DNA of 64,000 nucleotides from Elsinoe ampelina (Eukaryota): NCBI GenBank assembly GCA_010093995.1, contig ML992505.1, positions 1,594,670 to 1,658,669 of the forward strand, read 5' to 3'. Shown piece by piece: positions 58,053 to 64,000 of this stretch (position 1 is its first letter; each line of letters starts with the position of its first letter). The notes under the pieces were generated by a model. It saw only the letters and a program-made list of their open reading frames with translations, ran no database searches and was not told where the DNA came from. The position numbers and the translations under genes were made by a program.

Positions 58053-58756
58053 GTCGGCGGGTGTTGGGGATCCGATGATGCTGGACGGTGGGAGGCTGAT
58101 CGTGAGGATGTGCTCGTAGGAAGTCGTGATCAGTGATGTGGTGGATGAGTGTGCTCATATGGACGTCTGGATGATTGTGGATAGCATCGTGGCAAATGTC
58201 ATTGTTGTACGTACCATGCTTGCTACAACTTCGTCTGGGATGTTTGTGTTATACCAAGCAGAAGCAACCTTGAATATGTTGTGGGACACAATCAAATGAG
58301 GGATTGGGGAATCAGTATGAGAAGAAGATGCATGGTCAAGGACTCATTGATTGCGCCGTGATGCTGTACAATACAGTAGATGCCACCGCTCGCTCCCTCT
58401 GGCGCAAGTCTGCGCCACAGTTCCAGGCTCTGCCATTCCCAACGATGACGCCTTTTGTGCCGTTTGGTATGATGATCGTGAATCAAGGAAAAGTGAAGGT
58501 AATGGAAAATCGGCAAGGAAAAGTACAGGTGTGTCCTCCCACAGTCCACCTCCCTGTTGGCTGTCTGATGCCACGCCGGCCACTCATTGTGGGTCAATCT
58601 ATGGTAATTCGTCATTCAAGAGAGTCCTGCCTCCTTCGCGCGTCGTAACAATCATAGCTGTGCCGGAGGTAGAGGTTTGCTGATGATGGACAAACGCGGG
58701 ATTGGTTTGACCTTGACTGCAATAGCCTTCGCACTCCTAGCGCTCTTGGGTGACTT

Positions 58757-59844
58757 CTAGTGATACCCATTCTGCTTGGCGGCGAAGAAGCGTGAATCTG
58801 AGAAGTAGTGGTGGTTGCAAGCCTGCTTGGCGGACATACGGCCAGCAGGGTCGTAAACCAGGAGAGCTTCGAGGAGATCAAGACCGTCTTCACCAAGGAC
58901 ACGGGCGCCGTCGCCAGTGACAATGTCCTCCTCGATATTACGCTTCCATTTGGGAAAGCTTGGCTTGAAGTCTGGAAGACTGGTGACTCCCGGCCATTCT
59001 TGTTCGTCTGGGGTGCCGAGGATACGGAAGATCTTGAAGATCTCGTCGATCTCTGAATCTCCAGGAAAGAGGGGTTTACGGGTCGCCATTTCGGCGAAGA
59101 TGCAGCCTGCAGACCACATGTCGACACCTGTGCTGTACTGACGACCGCCGAGGAGAATTTCTGGAGCGCGGTACCAGAGTGTGACGACCTATGAGTTTGT
59201 CAGTGTCTGTTCCACGTATCCAAAACATGTGTCATACTTCGTGAGTGTACGTGCGGAGAGGGACACCGAACGCGCGCGCGAGACCAAAGTCAGCCAGTTT
59301 GAGGTTTCCCTCCTTGTCGATGAGTAGATTCTGAGGCTTCAAGTCGCGATGAAGGATGCGGTGTGCGTGGCAGTATCTGATACCCTGGCACAGCTGGCTC
59401 ATGAATTTCTTGACCATAGCTTCGCCCAAGCCGAGATGTCCATTGCGGCCGTCCATGCATCCTTCTGGCAGTGGTTTGCCTCTCCCACCTTGTGATACCG
59501 GTAGTGACTCCATATATTTCTTGAGATCGAGGTCCAGGTATTCGAACACGAGGTAGAGCTTGTGGCCGTCGGCGTGGACAATGTTGAAAAGGCGGACGAT
59601 ATTGGGATCGTTCATTTCTTTGAGCAGTGAGATCTCACGGATGGCTGTAGACGGTACACCCTCATCTTCGGCTTCTAGACGAATCTTCTTGAGCGCGACG
59701 ATGCGCTGGTCGGGTGTGGTGAGGTCGCGAGCTTTATAGACAACTCCATAGGTACCTGAAAGGAGAATGAGTTTATGCGACTGCCGTTTGGGAGGTGTGA
59801 TTCTGACCCTCGCCAATCTTTTCCATCTTGACATAGTTCTCCAT
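58757..59844 (-). CDS. CDC28: Cyclin-dependent kinase 1 (Cdc28/Cdc2/NimX); exons 59844-59808, 59755-59238, 59188-58757
   Basis: [78 protein letters not shown]. Confidence 0.97.
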
Positions 59845-60321
59845 CTTTGCGAGATTTCCTGAGGCTTGCATTCGGAGATTGAGCAGGAGCTGCAACCGAC
59901 AGAGTGGTTACAGCAAAGGGGTGGGACACTGCAAAGGGCAGCAGCGGATCGAGGATGGGAAAGGACGGTCCTGTGAGAGTTGACTATGGACGGTGATGTG
60001 AGCTTTGACTGCGTGTGAGGATAACGACAGAGAAAGACTGACCTTTGTAAGCTGCAGGGGCTATTTTGAGCGACCTTGTCCGTGTTCCCTGTCCGTTTTG
60101 GCGGGCGTTGTCGATACACAGAAAGCGTAAACACACGAGCCAGGAACAGTTCGAGAACTTGAGATGTTGCCCCACACTTTTTGGTTCGACACGCGCCAAA
60201 GAGCCCAGGGCTGAAATTCGCGAATGAGAAGCGCGAGATTTTGGTGAGAGCTGACTCAGCAGACAGACGCCAAATCACGTGGGTCAAGGTGAGAAACTTT
60301 TCACTTCACAACAACAACAAT
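59845..60321. promoter_or_regulatory. Bidirectional promoter of CDC28 and the AlkB gene with clustered CGCG/GGCG motifs
   Basis: TTTTGGCGGG at 60096, ACGCGCCAAA at 60191, TTCGCGAA at 60217, GCGCGAGA at 60231, TGACTCA at 60252, GACGCCAAA at 60266, CACGTG at 60276. Confidence 0.5.
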
Positions 60322-61401
60322 ATGGTCATGGAGGACTCGTCTCGACTGGACGCTTACGCAAAGCCGCCAGAAGACTTGAAGTCGGCGTACAAGAAGTATC
60401 AGAAGATATCGATTGCACAGCTTGACAGCGATGATACGGTCTTTGATGCGGCCCACGAACAGTACGCAGGCTTCACAGTCAACATACAGGCCAAGGAAGA
60501 GCTTCAAATGCCAGCAGAGATCAGTCACATTGTCCAGTCGTTTCTCTCGAATCGCGGTAGTATGTCCCGAGACGGAACATCTGGTTGCCTATGCTACGAG
60601 CATCCCGACATGCCAGGTAGGTAATCGAGCCCATCTCTTTCATTTATTCTGAGCAAGGTAGGACTGCTTGTATTTCCTTCACTTCTTGCCCCATCTGTTC
60701 AAATCTCACTTCTGGATCGACTGCTTCATCGGGATGTCTCCAACCCAGCTCACCGAAACAACCTGACCCTTCACTATTCTGTTCCATACCCAGAAGAATC
60801 AGCAAACTCGTTTTTCCACGCTTCAAACCAGAACCTACTCCTGGACCCCATCGATCCGTCTCAGCACAAGACGGTCTCAATGCAGGCTATGCTCGTCAAG
60901 AAACTCCGCTGGATCACTCTGGGTGGGCAGTACGACTGGACAGCGAAGGAGTACCCGTCCTCTCCACCACCCCCGTTCCCCCCTGACATCGCCGCGCTGA
61001 TCAACGGCATCTTCCCAGCGATCAAGCCACAAGCCGCAATCCTGAACCTCTACAGTCCCGGCCACACCCTCAGTCTCCACAGAGACGTCAGCGAAGAATG
61101 CAATCGTCCACTAGTCAGCATCTCGCTCGGCTGCGACGGTCTATTCATGGCTGGGCTCGACAAGCCGAATGCCTGCAGTGTGGCAACCATGCGACTCCAC
61201 TCTGGAGACGTGGTCGTCATGAGCGGGCCGGCAAGATATGCATGGCACGGCGTCCCAAAAGTGCTACCCAACACCTGTCCGTCCTGGCTTGGCGACTGGC
61301 CCGTCACACCTCACAACGAAGACAGCGAGCAATACACCTCCTGGAAAGGGTGGATGGCCAACAAACGCATCAACCTCAACGTCCGACAAATGCACGACTA
61401 A
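60322..61401 (+). CDS. AlkB/ALKBH1-like 2OG-Fe(II) dioxygenase; intron 60617-60661
   Basis: KLRWITLGGQYDW, AAILNLY..LSLHRDVSE (HxD), SISLG, LHSGDVVVMSG.AR.AWHGV, RINLNVRQ. Confidence 0.9.
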
Positions 61402-61446
61402 CATATCAACCATGAGTTCTACCGTCTAAACATCCCGTTCTACACT

Positions 61447-62829
<1,383 letters not shown>

Positions 62830-63296
62830 TTATACTCGCTCACCGATAATGTTGATTTGTAAGGTGTCAATAGCAGTCCATCCGTCTGAACATCGTCATT
62901 GGATGGTCGTGGTTCGAAAAGTTTCGCCCCGTGTGTAGATCTGTCGTCATTTTGTTGAGGCTCTGGATCTACAGATCGGTCGCGGGACATTGGCTCCATT
63001 ATCCGAGTAAACAGTGAACAGCATTTGCATCGGATGGTGAAAGGGGGGACAGACTGATAAGCATGCAATGTTATAGTTCCATTGAACCGAAACTATGGTA
63101 GGGAATGTTGTGAGCAGATTCACTATGCTTCGGGAATAATACAACGGGAACAAGCCCTATGAGCTTGGTATATACAATGCCGCCTCCAACGCCTCAATCA
63201 ACCTCCATAACTCTGATGTGCTGTCTCAAGATACTGAACAGGGCGTCGACGACTCCAGATGACATATCGACAACAGGTCGTCAGCCTTCCCACCTC

Positions 63297-63732
63297 TCAC
63301 TCCTCCTCGTCCTCCTCCTCATCATGATGCCAGGGCGGCCTTGCAGACCACCCACACCTCTTCTCCAGCCGATCCTTACTCTCGAAACACCCACAGAAGG
63401 TAAGCTTCAACTTTCGCTGCGGATACCGTTTATGCCAATCAATCTGCTTCTTGTCCGCGTAGCACAAATCTCCGTCCCTGAAGCAAGTCGTCGTTTGACC
63501 TGCAGTGCGTGGCGAGACCGTAGTAGCCGACCGAGCTGAACGTGCACATCTGGTCGGCGACGGTGCAGGAACCCCAGGCTTTGTCTTCAGGAGTCCTGAA
63601 GGGGTCGTTGTATAGTGCCTCGTGGATGGTACGGTTGGCGGGTGGTGGGATTGTTGTTGGCATGGCGAGGGCGGCGGGCAGGGAGAGGAGAGCTAGGGTG
63701 GAGAGGGCAAGAGTAGCTTTGGTAGAAACCAT
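63297..63732 (-). pseudogene. Small secreted Cys-rich protein, PAF/AFP antifungal-protein-like, split by a +1 frameshift at ~63500
   Basis: Signal peptide MVSTKATLALSTLALLSLPAALA. Frame 0 gives GSCTVADQMC..THC and then stops at 63439. The +1 frame continues TTTCFRDGDLCY..FCGC..RC..DEEEDEEE to a TGA at 63297. Confidence 0.6.
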
Positions 63733-64000
63733 GGTGGTGGTCGGTTGGTTGCCTGTTGGCGTTGGGTTGCAGATGGTTGAAGGTCTTTGTTGGTTGCGTA
63801 GCTGGCTGACAGTGGCAGAGGCAGCGCACGAACTTGGTATGTTGTGGAAGATGTGATGCTGTGGAAAATGTGAGAGAGACGGGCGTGGTGTGAGCGGCTT
63901 TACATAGACCGGCGAGGGAGAGACTTTGTTGCTTCATGAGAATGACTGAAACACTTCCATGCTTTTTCAGTCTACTTCTTTAGCATGGCTGGTCGGCTTC

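Noticed and set aside
59232..60287. 351-aa ORF implying an N-terminally extended CDK
   Set aside because: Artefact of reading through intron 1 and the promoter; the canonical MENY..GEG exon starts at 59844.

Overview
Gene-dense, intron-containing eukaryotic DNA from a filamentous ascomycete (Pezizomycotina-type: most introns 45-60 nt, GT..AG, with RCTRAC branch points). I can support about 27 protein-coding genes, most of them housekeeping: mitochondrial uS2m/MRP4, COG5, EMG1, a Dal5/Tna1-type MFS permease, a DNAJC3-like TPR-J protein, an EGH1-like GH5, MSN5, OTU1, RSC1/2, a GTPBP1/2-like GTPase, DAL3, VPS27, RRD1/PTPA, CDC28/CDK1, an AlkB dioxygenase and an OYE. Accessory-type genes are a tandem pair of F-box/LRR-like paralogs, a HeLo-like/ankyrin protein and a small secreted Cys-rich protein. 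I found no tRNA, rRNA, transposon or CRISPR. The most notable observations: (1) an unannotated, highly structured ~155-nt Pol III-like transcription unit at ~3950-4104 (TATA, B-box T-loop hairpin, double oligo-T terminator); (2) a cytosolic GH18 (ENGase-like) enzyme fused to a C-terminal UBA domain; (3) a PAF/AFP-like antifungal protein gene hidden by a +1 frameshift; (4) repeated C-rich to G-rich skew switches that ignore gene orientation; (5) genes with apparent alternative N-termini. Gene models were spliced by hand and family calls come from motif recognition, not database searches.
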